From: Daphnia carinata
Taxonomy: Eukaryota
DNA length: 64,000 bases
Assembly (NCBI RefSeq): GCF_022539665.2
Contig: NC_081332.1
Location: forward strand, 248,001-312,000
Direction: 5' to 3'
In this document: one piece after another, positions 29,245 through 40,723 of the stretch
Layout: each line of letters starts with the position of its first letter
Numbering within the stretch: position 1 is the stretch's first letter
Made by a program: the position numbers and the translations under genes
Notes under the pieces: generated by a model
Databases searched by the model: none
Seen by the model: the letters and a program-made list of their open reading frames with translations, nothing else
Told to the model about the DNA's origin: nothing

Positions 29245-31234
29245 AGCGGACGACGCGGAAGGCGGATCAACAGGCGTCCGAGTTGACGACGTCCTTTACG
29301 ATGTATGCGAGGCAGTTTACGACGTTCCTGCTAGGACAGACGTACAGCATAGAGGAACTACAGACGCTCGTACCAGCGAACGACACGACCCTCTTCGGCT
29401 TTGTGCCGAGAGCGACGACGCAAATCAGCGAGGAGGAGAGGCGATACGAGTTTCTGATCCTGGAAACGTTCGAATTCTCGATCCACCTAGAGAAAACCTT
29501 GTTGGAATTCCAGCTGTCTCTTCTCACGGCAATACTAAACCTACTCTCGTTCATAAGAAAACTACAATCAATCACCAGCTTGGAATCACTGTTACCCGAA
29601 CTGATACTCCTCGGGAACAGATTGACCCACTTCCGGAGAGTGGCAAGACCGTGCCACAAGCAGCTATCGGCCATCGTCAAAGACCTCCTCGCCCAGACTG
29701 CCAAAGAATTGAAACAGTTGCTATCGTCCATTCGGGAAACCCAGGAAGTGCTGGAAATTACCCCAACTTGTCCGACATCATCACAGCAGAACGACAAGCG
29801 CAAGACAGAACGACTACGATTCCGAAACCGTCGATACCACTGACCGACAACAATATTGGCGAATTCCGGCCAGTTTCGAACCGCATTCCGGGCACCACGC
29901 AATCTCGCCATCAAAGGGCTCGAAACTCTCCTATAACTTTTTTTACCAACAATATGGCTTACTCTTATTCCCCTACCAGGGCAGCTACGGTAAACGATTT
30001 AAATGATTTACAAAACAACCAGCATAACTTTTCACGCTTACAATTACTTCCTCCCTTCTCCGGTAGTCCAATTACTCGCTTTGACTCTTGGCTAGAATCT
30101 TTTGAGAGTATAGTTGATGGGGCAAGATGGTCTGAAAGAAAGATTATTCAGATGATGCGAGCAAAATTAACGGATAACGCTTTTTCACTCATACAAACCT
30201 TAATTAAACAGCATCCATACGACTATGGCTCCATTAAAACGGCTTTGCTCGATCACTTTCACGGGGATCAAAATGTTGATGTATACATTAAGAAATTCAA
30301 TAAAGCTAAACGTAAACCTGGGGAAAAAATTGTAGATTATGCTCATCGTCTACAAGAAATTTTTAAAAAGGCATACCCTGATGGTTATATGGAAAAATCT
30401 TTCGCAGTTATTCTCATGCAGAAATTTATCGATGGATTGGATTCAAAATTGCAAGCTAAGGTCAGATATAAGGAATTCAAAGATTTTCACGAGCTCGTAG
30501 CAGCAACTCGCGTTTACGCCGTTCGGCTGGAAGCCTTGGAAACAGACACTGAGAGGCATGAATTTGTTAGGGCAATTGACGAGTCATTTAGCACAAAAAA
30601 TTCGGAATTAAAAGAACTTAAGCAAATGTTAAGTGACCAGAAAGGAATTGTAAGCAGAGCCGTTGCCAATATTCGCCATAGCCAAAAGCAAGGGGATAAT
30701 CCAAAGTCGGACAAAGATGAGATCAAGGATGTTCTTCACGAACTCATACAGGCTGTTAATCGACTCCAGCAAGATAGGAAAGATTACTCTGCGGCTACAC
30801 CAGGCACTCCTTATAGGAAACAAGTTTCATTCCAATTGAATAACGCCAATCAAGACAGAAACTGGAGGCCTCCCCAGCATCGTCCCAGTAACAATTATAA
30901 TAATAATAATAATTTTAATCCTAACCCTTACCAACACCAACCTTCTCGATTTCCAAACAGACCGACGCCAGTTGCGTCCTCTTCATCGAGGCCACCTAGC
31001 AATAATAATAATAACAGGTCAGATCAGCAGACCATAACGTGTAATTTTTGTGGTTACCGCGGTCACACTCAGTCCAATTGTCGTCAATTTCAGCGTCACA
31101 CTCTGGAACAAGCCCAGCCTCCAATCTGCTATTCCTGTCGAGAAATTGGGCATAAGTCTAATATTTGTCCAAAATATAGGAATTCGCAAAGACCTAATAT
31201 TCCAGGGCCCCCTCAACACCAGGGAAACCAGTAG
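28946..31234 (+). CDS. gag: Gag of element 2
   Basis: LPPFSGSPITRFDSWLESFE capsid motif; CNFCGYRGHTQSNC and CYSCREIGHKSNIC zinc knuckles. Confidence 0.92.
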   Translation: MDDHLNLSLHHLYHEIQSNPSTVFPTPSSPIPSLILALKCLKERVLDFQSHDPKIWDQLNRLLNDFGLRDRPLGKPQLLTDVETPTIFLKYLAVIQRADKADDAEGGSTGVRVDDVLYDVCEAVYDVPARTDVQHRGTTDARTSERHDPLRLCAESDDANQRGGEAIRVSDPGNVRILDPPRENLVGIPAVSSHGNTKPTLVHKKTTINHQLGITVTRTDTPREQIDPLPESGKTVPQAAIGHRQRPPRPDCQRIETVAIVHSGNPGSAGNYPNLSDIITAERQAQDRTTTIPKPSIPLTDNNIGEFRPVSNRIPGTTQSRHQRARNSPITFFTNNMAYSYSPTRAATVNDLNDLQNNQHNFSRLQLLPPFSGSPITRFDSWLESFESIVDGARWSERKIIQMMRAKLTDNAFSLIQTLIKQHPYDYGSIKTALLDHFHGDQNVDVYIKKFNKAKRKPGEKIVDYAHRLQEIFKKAYPDGYMEKSFAVILMQKFIDGLDSKLQAKVRYKEFKDFHELVAATRVYAVRLEALETDTERHEFVRAIDESFSTKNSELKELKQMLSDQKGIVSRAVANIRHSQKQGDNPKSDKDEIKDVLHELIQAVNRLQQDRKDYSAATPGTPYRKQVSFQLNNANQDRNWRPPQHRPSNNYNNNNNFNPNPYQHQPSRFPNRPTPVASSSSRPPSNNNNNRSDQQTITCNFCGYRGHTQSNCRQFQRHTLEQAQPPICYSCREIGHKSNICPKYRNSQRPNIPGPPQHQGNQ
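29283..29843 (+). CDS. Overlapping alternative-frame ORF inside gag (helical, Leu-rich; function unknown)
   Basis: Stop-free from 29241 to 29843, amphipathic composition. Confidence 0.5.
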   Translation: MTTSFTMYARQFTTFLLGQTYSIEELQTLVPANDTTLFGFVPRATTQISEEERRYEFLILETFEFSIHLEKTLLEFQLSLLTAILNLLSFIRKLQSITSLESLLPELILLGNRLTHFRRVARPCHKQLSAIVKDLLAQTAKELKQLLSSIRETQEVLEITPTCPTSSQQNDKRKTERLRFRNRRYH

Positions 31235-31262
31235 CTATGAACTGTAGCTTCGGGTCAGTTGA
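31222..31262 (+). promoter_or_regulatory. -1 ribosomal frameshift signal (G GGA AAC plus downstream stem/pseudoknot)
   Basis: Heptamer in the correct gag phase two codons before TAG; the -1 frame is open into pol. Confidence 0.8.
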
Positions 31263-34200
31263 TAACGAGCCTCATACTAAACCCCGACAAGTCGCAAAAT
31301 TAACCACTATTACGAATGAATCGACCCCTAGAATTCCATTGAAAATTTTTCAGATCCCGTTACAAGCACTATTTGATACAGGCGCGTCTAAAAGTATTAT
31401 CCATGAGAGATTATTTAATAAGTTACCCCCTAGAGGTCAGGTGATCTGCAGTCAGCTTGACTTCGATTTATATGATGTAGGGGAGAAAAAATTACATACG
31501 CTGGGAAGAGTTATTTTACCCGTACGATACGGAGAAACAGTTTTTGAGCAAGAATTTATTGTAACTAATGGTGTTTCTGAGGACTGTATCCTTGGATGGG
31601 ATGCAATCCAGAAGCACGGATTTCGGCTTGACGGAGAAGCCAGGAGCATTTACCTAGCGAGGGATGAGCAGGGATCAGCCATCTCTGAGGTACCCGACAT
31701 GGCAGTTACTACGGTCAAAAAGACGACGCTATTTCGTCAGACGTCGATAGTAATTGCAGCGGAAATGAAGGGTTCATTTCCGTATGTCCCACAAAATACA
31801 GCATTTATATTTACCCCAGCAAAAGATCTGCCAGCAGGCATTTATATCGAAGAATTTATCGGCAATGTATCGGGAGATGGAACTTATAAAATTTTGGTCG
31901 AGAATCATTCACTACATCAAATCAAAATTCCTAGAAACACTAAATTAGGCATAATTGACATAGTTGGAAGTGTTATCGGAAAAATTTCTTTAGCGAAATT
32001 AGAAGATAATCCTAAACCAGTAATTGAGCCAATTTTACTCACAGAAGTAGATTCCGAATTTCAAGAACCGCTTTCAAAATTATTAATCGACTTTCACGAC
32101 TTGTTCGCGTCCAAAGATTCAGAATTAGGAAACACCAACCTTATAAAACATACGATTGATACACAAGGACGAGGCCCCATTCGACAACGCCCATACAGAG
32201 TAACAAATAACCAAAGGAAATTATTAGATGATAAAATTCAAGAAATGCTTGATGCAGATGTAATTCAATATTCGCATTCCCCATGGGCTTCACCCGTGGT
32301 TTTAGTAGAAAAGAAGTGTGGAGAAGTAAGATTTTGTGTTGATTATAGAAAATTGAATAGCATTACGAAAAAAGATTCATTCCCTATGCCTAGAATAGAC
32401 GAAACATTAGACAAATTATATGGGAAGAAATTTTTCACAACTCTTGACTTAGCTTCAGGCTATTGGCAAATTCAAATTGATGATCCAGCTATTGAAAAAA
32501 CAGCGTTTGTGGTAGAAAACAACCTCTACGAGTTTAAACGTATGGCATTTGGCTTGTGAAATGCACCTGCCACATTCCAACGGCTAATGAATTACGTACT
32601 GAAAGACGTTTTGGGAAGTAAAGCATTAGTTTATTTGGATGATGTTATAATCTTTTCCGACACTTTCGAAGATCATTTACGTGATATTCGAGAAATTTTT
32701 GAATTATTACGAGATGCCAATCTGAAATTGAAACTCAAGAAATGCCAGTTTATTAAACGCTCAGTAAATTATCTAGGTCACGTAATATCGACCGATGGTA
32801 TTAAGCCTGATCCGAGCAAAATTGACAAAATAGTCAATTATAAAACACCGACTTCAGTCGACGAAATCAGATCATTTCTCGGATTAGCTGGATACTACAG
32901 AAGATTTATTAAAGATTTTGGATCGATTGCCAAACCGTTAACTCGTTTAACTCATAAAGATCTTAGCAGGAAGCCTTTTAGTTGGGGACCTGAGGAACAA
33001 GTTGCTTTCGAGAAATTGCGCAATTCTCTAGTAACGCCACCAGTTCTTGCTTACCCCAATTTCAATGAAAAATTTATCCTTTTCACCGATGCCTGCGATT
33101 ACGGCATTGGAGCAGTGCTATCTCAAATTCAAAATGGCCAGGAACATCCCATAGCCTACTCCAGTAGACAGTTAACAAAAGCAGAATCGAATTATAGTAC
33201 GACAGAGAAGGAAGCCTTAGCAGTCGTAGATGCCATTAAGCATTTTAGGCATTATCTATTGGATAAACCTTTTGAAATTATTAGTGACCACCGTCCCTTG
33301 CAATGGCTTAAAGAACAAAAAGATAATAATGGTAGATTAGGTAGATGGGCTATACTATTGGCCGCAACGAATTATGAATTAAAATATAGGCCGGGACGTG
33401 TCCACCAAAACGCGGATTGCCTGTCACGCTTAAAAGTAGCCAGTATCCAAACTGAAAGCAAAATTACCTTAATTTGCGAGAAACAATTGGAAGACGACCT
33501 TTGCATAGCCATTCGTAATTATTTGGATAACGGAGAACTCGAGGAATCTTTTCTTCAATCTAAGCCGGATTGGGTTAAAGAAATTGATTATTTCGAAGTT
33601 ATTGATGGTACACTTTACCGGCACGTGCTGCCACCTGCCGATAGCAAAAGAAACGAAACTAACCATCAGTTAGTCTTGCCTGCATCGTTACGCCATCTAG
33701 TGCTCAAGGAATTACATGACGCACCGATGGGCGGACATTTAGCTTTTTATAAAACCTATTTGAAAATAAAGAATCATTATTATTGGCCAAATATGAGAAA
33801 GGAAATTAAAGAATACTGCCAGGCTTGTGTGGTGTGCACCGCCAACACTTCTTCAACATATAGGGCAATATTGCACCCTCATGAAATAGCTAAAGCTCCT
33901 TTCCAAGTCATTGGGATGGACTTTTTGGGCCCAATTACGCCAATTTCACCCAATGGAAATAGTTTTATTTTAGTCATTACCGATTATTTTAGCCGGTGGG
34001 TAGAAGCTGTTGCGTTAAAAGACCAAACAGCACAGACGACAGCAGAATGTGTATATAAGACAATTATAGTTAGACATGGTATGCCTAAAGCTATTGTTTC
34101 GGACCGCGGATCTAATTTTACTTCTAAGTTATTTCGATCCTTTTGTAAAACATTAAATATTGAGCAAAGATTAACTACCGCCTATAATCCAGCTAGTAAT

Positions 34201-35274
34201 GGAGAAACTGAAAGATTTAATCGTACAATGACGACAATGTTGCGTAAAGAATTAGAAGACGGAGCGCACGGAAATTGGGAAAACATGCTGGGAGATGTTT
34301 TATTTGCTTACCGTAGTTCTGTCCACTCTTCGACATGTGAAACCCCGTATTATTTACTGCACGGTAGAGATCCCAATATACCCATTAATGAATTCCTTGA
34401 CGCTTCCCCAAAAACGTTTACCTCCGCATCAGATTACGTAGGTAACTTAGCTGATCGCTTGCGTTACAGTTTCCAGCGCGTCCGTGAGGAGAGCGAAAAA
34501 GCAAGGAAACGTCAGAGGGAACAATATAATAAAAGAGCGAATGTAAAACAGTATATGGTAGGTGATAGAGTATTATTAGATATTAGGGTAGTTAAAGAGG
34601 GCGATAGTAGGAAGTTTACCTCTAAATATAAAGGTCCTTATAGAGTTGTAAAAGTTTATTCCAATAATACAGTTGATATTGCTGATAATTCATACATCTG
34701 TCAACGAACTCACGTTAACCGTCTAAAACCCCTGTACGAAACAATGTTATGGAAAGACGAACATTGTCCCTCTATTGAGACGCCTTCGAAGTTCGAGAAT
34801 CGATTTCGTAAATCGATTTCCACCCAAACAATGGAAACTATGGAAAATATGGAGCTAACAACAAGCGAGTTGGAAAACATGGAATTGGAACCTTTGGAAT
34901 TGGAGAATGTGGATATGGAAGCAAGAGCCGCAGAAAACGCGGATGTGGAAAGTGCGGAACCCGAAACGGTGGAATTGGAGTCAGCGGAGTTACAAATGGC
35001 CGCCAACCAAAACAATAAACAACATTCTCCTTTAGTCAGCGAAACCCAAGGAATATATATTTCAGACGATAATAAGTCGGCTTTTGATGACATGTGCAAT
35101 AGCCCACTTAACACCACAATAATTCACGGAAACAACGCAGCTGCAATAATAAATCCTGAATCTGATGCTCGTCAGGTGGCGCCAGCCATCGATCAGCCTG
35201 AAGAATTGCCACCCCAAAATGCTACCGGACGCCCGCACAGAAATCGAAGACTACCAATGCGTTATAGAAATTAG
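31237..35274 (+). pseudogene. pol: Pol of element 2 (PR-RT-RH-IN) with an in-frame TGA at 32557-32559
   Basis: LFDTGA; VRFCVDYRKLN; MAFGL*NAPATFQR; YLDD; TDACDYGIG; HHCC; DFLGP/SDRG/ETER; GPY. Confidence 0.95.
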
Positions 35275-35416
35275 AAGCGTTTTTCCAAAACAAAGTCAAC
35301 GATCACATAACGAACGACGTGTATTTAACAGCAAGAAATTTTAAAAGGGACTTCACAACGTTGCTGACACTTGTTGAGTCGAGTTCACCAAAACCGCGCT
35401 CCAAATTTAAACTTCC

Positions 35417-35866
35417 GTGAAGATGGACCCGTGCGCCAACTCAATCAATCAGCAAACCCAGGCAGCTTCCGAGTGGCTAAGTGCCGAAGAGCAAGCCGGA
35501 AAAGCGATGGCACCAATGGTGGCCATCCCAATCTACGACGATTGGACTCCGGTGCCCGAAAAAACTACCACCGTCGTCAGCCAGACGCCTCGGTCCCCGG
35601 AGCTCGACGACATGGAATCGTGGGAGATGGAACGTCAACGTTACGAGCGCCGTGTGGAAGAACGTACGGCCGCGCTCACCCGTCAGCTGAACGCGGATCT
35701 CTTCGCCGAAGATTGGGGAGGCGCTGTCACCACCCTAAAGCTGATTTTAGACTTGATCCAGCTAAGCGCCACCCCCTCTTTTCAACTGGTCGCCCGACCA
35801 GTGGGACACTGGCCGGAAACGTCAGAGGCGCGATGGCCCCAACACTTCCCGTTGAACACACCATGA
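35417..35866 (+). CDS. Accessory ORF, 149 aa, unknown function (coiled-coil centre)
   Basis: GC-rich ATG-initiated ORF between AT-rich flanks; no recognised domain. Confidence 0.45.
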   Translation: MKMDPCANSINQQTQAASEWLSAEEQAGKAMAPMVAIPIYDDWTPVPEKTTTVVSQTPRSPELDDMESWEMERQRYERRVEERTAALTRQLNADLFAEDWGGAVTTLKLILDLIQLSATPSFQLVARPVGHWPETSEARWPQHFPLNTP

Positions 35867-36182
35867 AGAAAAGGAACGAAAAAAAGGACACCGACAACGA
35901 CGACAACCCCTTTTAGTTACTCTCACCCAGTAGGAACATGTGTTTATTCCCCTTAGAATAGAGCTCTATCCCAAACCATTTTGTTTTCCTCTTCGCATTA
36001 TATTCTCTACCTTAACAAACAATAAAATAAACACAGTAGGACGCAAACAAAATCTCCGCCGGCTTTTCATTATACGTAAGACAAAATTCAAAAGAAAAGA
36101 AAAGAAAAGTTTAAGGTAAAGGAAAAATAAGATAGGAAAAGAAAAGAAAAGCCAGCACATCGTTTAAGGGTATTTCAAAAAC

Positions 36183-36797
36183 AGCCGAGGCAAGGCTCGA
36201 ACATAAGACCCCGCGAGTATATAATAAATTTTAATTGTTCAGAAAAAAGACAACATTTCGACGAAGGGAATTTCGGCAGCCGAGCCGGGTTTCGAACCCG
36301 AGACTCCCGAGTGGTGTTCCGAGACTGAGTCGCTATGGCGTCTAGACATATGTCTACCCTAGCGTAAATATAAAAGCCATTTCAAACCAAACCGAAATAA
36401 AACATAAAATAGTCAATAATAATTCAATCACAGTAGCATAATTGCGAATATGATTAGCTCGCCTACTCTTGAGGGATCTGCCAGAAAATTTTTAGTTAAG
36501 ATCACAGAGTGATTTGAACCCGACACTTCCGAGCCGTGGTCGAGGGCTATACCATCTAGCCATATAACTATATGGAATACCAAATTCAATACCCAGAATT
36601 ATTAGAAAATTCGAAACAGGATCAATAAAAATTTTAATATCTATTGCCAATCAACCCACAGAATAGTAATTAGGGAATAGTTAACCTCACCAACTCCTGA
36701 GGAATCTACCAGTAAATTTTTAGTCAAGGTCACGGCGTGATTCGAAATTAAGACTCCCGAGTGACAGTCAGAAGCTATAGTATTATGCCACATAGCC
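36183..36797 (-). ncRNA. Three to four tandem tRNA-like Pol III cassettes inside element 2 (~225-bp period)
   Basis: Minus-strand B boxes (GGTTCGAAACC, GGTTCAAATC, TTTCGAATC), A box TGGCTAGATGG, duplicated spacers, downstream T runs. Confidence 0.6.
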
Positions 36798-37278
36798 AAC
36801 ACCCATACTCCGCATCCCTCTCAAGTTGATATACCCAATTTATCCATAATCAACCTTACTCTCTAGCAGAAGCACTGCACTTCGTCATTTCTTCTTTCAC
36901 TTTTTCTTCTTTCTCTATCCACAATTAATAAACAGTAGTAAAAAAAATTAACTGTAAAAGAAATGGAAGAAAAATGAACCGTGGTGCGCCACTGGAAGAA
37001 CGCTATCCGACTCCCCCCCCCACAGCAATAAATAAACCCCCCCCCCCCCCCCAAGCCAACGACAAAGAAAGCTGACACCTGTTGAAACAATCGGGTGACA
37101 CCTCAAGAGACTTAGTGTTGAACTCGAACTTTTAACAGAAAATAACGAATCTAAAAACTACGGAAGAAGGCTTGACTATATAAGTCAATACTTCTCGGAC
37201 GTCGGGACCACACTCGCAACTCATCAACGCTGCCGAACAGTAGCACCAAACTGAAAGCTGACCAATTCCCAATCTAAG

Positions 37279-37653
37279 ATGGCCGGAAACCACTTTCGCC
37301 AACCGCGTTTGCCCACTATCGAACGCGTTCGCCGTAGTCCTGGTACCAAAGACACCGTGGTGATTCAAGAAGCCACAAGCACCACTTCAACAAAAGAAGA
37401 AGTCGACCAGGCAATAAGCGCAGCCTGCGCAAACAATTCTATCAACAATCAACGTCCGTTCCGGAGGCGGCTGATGGATATGGAGCACCATCTACAGAAC
37501 CGATGGAGAGTAGCGCGGCTAACAAAAACTCGGACGGAAGAACTTGTCCAGTTAATCGAACAGCAAGAGTGGCAGAGGGCCACAGAAGTATTCGCATCAA
37601 TTCTCGACTTGGACCCAACAAGCCGCCGTCCACCATCGCAAGAAGAAAATTAA
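37279..37653 (+). CDS. Accessory ORF, 124 aa, unknown function
   Basis: ATG-initiated, helical composition, GC-richer than its flanks. Confidence 0.4.
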   Translation: MAGNHFRQPRLPTIERVRRSPGTKDTVVIQEATSTTSTKEEVDQAISAACANNSINNQRPFRRRLMDMEHHLQNRWRVARLTKTRTEELVQLIEQQEWQRATEVFASILDLDPTSRRPPSQEEN

Positions 37654-39022
37654 AAGGACTTTGATTTATATTTTTACACATCCACTCATGCCTGTATGTA
37701 TCTGTTCTTGCCCTTTACCGAATAAATTAGGCCGAAAACTAGCTATTCATGCTCTTGTTCATATATATCTATATATGAACTACCTCACAATCTAAAGTCA
37801 GGTAAAAGGAAGGGAAAGGGGTATAAGAAAAAAAAGACCCTATAAGCCGATACACAAAAACATATACCTACACTTAGAATAGAAAGATATCAAAGTAACT
37901 ACCCGCGTTAGCGTATGCCTTATTTTACAGTAAATTCTCTAAGTTCAGTTCTAAGTCTTGTTTTGTCTTTTTCTTTTTTTTGCGCCAGAATACTCCTTTT
38001 AACGTAGGTTTCCTTGAGATTCTTCCCTCTTAACAAAGTCTTCCCCTCTTTTCGTCCTCTCCTTGATCCCTCGCGCATATAGAATAAAATAAATCAATGG
38101 CCCATATATCTCATAAGCTTACAGACCTTTTTACATGAAATTTACGCCTATTTTACCCCAACCTCTTGTGTCTGCGACAAATGTCCCTTGTCTCGCACAA
38201 GCCGCTTTTTCTTTCTTCCCCAGATGTTCGTTCCCCTTTTTAGCGCCCTTTTATTTCCTTCTCTATACCATTTCTCATGTGTTGGACTTAGAAAATAAAA
38301 GCTAGTCTTCGCGTCGTTTCTATTATCAAAAAACAATGAATGATAACCTTGCGTAGTATAGCACCCTCATAGATGGATGAGTTATCTAGTTCTACTGAGG
38401 ATTCGAACGTCGAACATCCAGCATCACAGCTAATCGCTCTACCTTTTGAGCTGTTAGCACCTGTATTACGCCTTGCGTTGAGCTTAGGAAAAATACACCC
38501 TTCAAGCCTATCGAGCGCGCCCTTTTTTCCTTACTCGTGTTTCACTTGCCTTTTGCCTTATCTGTACCCGCCCTTTGTTGTACCTCAAAATGAAAATTGA
38601 CCATGTGTTTTTCCGTCGTTAAAATCATTTCATGCATCTTTTTATTCTCTTGCCTAAACGATACATTCTATCCATGATTTTTCTTTTGCATCATTGAGGT
38701 CATTCTTTCTTCTTTCTAATGACACCAATCACTACACAAAAATATTCACCCTTTATTCCGAATGAAGCGTATTTTCCATGCCCTATATGCGTATTTTTGC
38801 TCGCTCGCGACCATCGGCAATTGTCGAAAAGCCGACGGAAGATCGTTGACCTTTCTCCTTGCCGTCTTACATACTCCCCGCTTTTGCTTATTATTTTATC
38901 TTCTTTATTATTTTTCGCTATCTAGTTTTAAGAAACCCACATGACGTGATGTTATGCTTTTATCTTTATTATCCGATGCTGACTTTATCATGATGTTCAC
39001 CCTACGTTTCCATTTATAGAAA

Positions 39023-39899
39023 ATGTCGCTGCTTCCATTTATGCTGTTATTATGCCTTTATGGGTTACACCCGCAGGCATTTGAAACGACTGTATGCGAC
39101 TGTTCGGAAACATCGAAAATGGGAATTCTACAATTTTCCGATGCTAATTGTCAACCAATTGCGCCCGATGACAGAGCCGTTACGGTGAAATATGCAATTT
39201 ATAGTGAAGAACGTGCCGCAGCTAAATTTCCCGGTTATGTTTGCGCCCGATGGAAGAATATACGCCGCATCACAATGAACTTTTTCGGTCAATTGGTGAT
39301 AGTGCCGGATAAAATTCCAATTGATACGTCGCCCGCCGTGTGCAACGACATGATTAACCATAAACGATGTGATGATTATTGTATGACTTTTTCGGACGAT
39401 AAATATGTTTTTGATCGCGAACCTGAGATTTTTGGATATTGGTTGCAGACGATTGATTCCGAAATTATAAATTGTGTTCTCGAAAAAATCCAACTTTTTC
39501 AAGAACATGAAGACGGCGACTTTTCGACACCTATCGGAACGGCTTCTGCTACCACTGGAAATTTATCTCATAATCATTTGACATTGATCTGGGACAAAAC
39601 TTACACTCAAAAAACTAAAATGAGTACTCGATTGGTTGAAGATGGAATAGGCTCACTGGTCCGAATAGCAGCAGACGACACAACTTTCAGACTACAAGAC
39701 GATGCCAAACAACTTGATTTTCATTTAACTCCTATAAAACGCTGTGCCTCACTGCAAAACGAATGCACCAATAGAACTTCGTCGTTTGAGGTCATTGGCC
39801 AATCAAAACTCACCGTTTCGACGGCGGCCATCATGGAAAATTTAACAGCGCTTTTGGAGGCCCCAGAGCCATCTAGCGACGAAAATTTAAATGTACCCG
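39023..39899 (+). pseudogene. Truncated Cys-rich envelope-like glycoprotein (class III fusion-protein-like); frame runs on into array spacer to 40015
   Basis: Signal peptide MSLLPFMLLLCLYGL; VCDCS; GYVC...MNFFG; N-glycosylation sequons; no TM because it is truncated. Confidence 0.7.
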
Positions 39900-40096
39900 T
39901 ATGCTGTTTTCTTCTGAATCGGTTAACTTGTTTTACTCTGAGTGCAATTTCCCTAAGACGATTATCTCCCAGTGATCGGGCGGATCGATTTGGATTTGGT
40001 TCATGTTTGAATTAAAATTGAGAACGATGCGATCGAACACTGCCCTTGCAGTGCGAGTTGGATCTAAATGTTGGAACAAAAACCTAATGCAGAAAC

Positions 40097-40169
40097 TGCC
40101 CCGAGTGAGGTTCGAACTCACGACCTCGAGATTATGAGACTCGCGCTCTGCCTACTGCGCTATCGAGGC
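40097..40169 (-). tRNA. tRNA-Met(CAT), unit 18 (D-stem substitution)
   Basis: One change (CGCTCTG on the + strand). Confidence 0.8.
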
Positions 40170-40268
40170 ATTGTTTTAATTAGAAAATTAATCATGTAAA
40201 ACAGATCATTCTTTGGTAGGGTGCAGTAAAGACACAAGTGAGGTTATCATGGCAGACACAATATGTAA

Positions 40269-40341
40269 GCCCGGTTAGCTCAGCCGGTAGAGCGCAGGAC
40301 TTTTAATCCTGAGCTCGAGGGTTCAAGTCCCTCATCGGGCG
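40269..40341 (+). tRNA. tRNA-Lys(TTT), unit 18 variant
   Basis: Anticodon stem CAGGA/TCCTG; 3 substitutions. Confidence 0.85.
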
Positions 40342-40458
40342 ACATGAAATCATATTCTATAATTCAAATATTGTGCATACATGCCCAATGCTGGGAATGT
40401 TTATTGAAAAAAGGCTTACGGTTCATTGTTACTCGAGTAAAATTGTAATCAGTTTGCA

Positions 40459-40540
40459 GACGAGGTGACCGAGCGGTTAAGGTGATGGACTGCTAATCCA
40501 TTGTGTATTGCACGCGTGGGTTCGAATCCCATTTTCGTCG
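40459..40540 (+). tRNA. tRNA-Ser(GCT), unit 18 variant
   Basis: 2 substitutions, both giving G:U pairs. Confidence 0.85.
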
Positions 40541-40651
40541 AGATCATTTACTCCTCCAATTGATACCGAAATTTATCGAATACTTACGAAATTATAATCG
40601 CAATAAAACCGTTGATTTCTTCGTGAAACTTACAGGGTCGAACTTATATAC

Positions 40652-40723
40652 GGTTCCATGGTGTAATGGTTAGCACTTCAGACTTTGACTCTGACAATCT
40701 GAGTTCGATTCTCAGTGGAACCT
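40652..40723 (+). tRNA. tRNA-Gln(TTG), unit 18
   Basis: Same as the unit-5 allele; perfect acceptor stem. Confidence 0.92.

Larger units (their letters stand above)
27663..39899 (+). mobile_element. Large Ty3/Gypsy LTR retrotransposon with accessory ORFs and glycoprotein, 3'-truncated (element 2)
   Basis: 5' LTR, PBS, gag with two CCHC knuckles, pol, accessory region and glycoprotein. Joins array spacer at ~39900 with no 3' LTR; about 275 bp of spacer is also missing. Confidence 0.92.
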
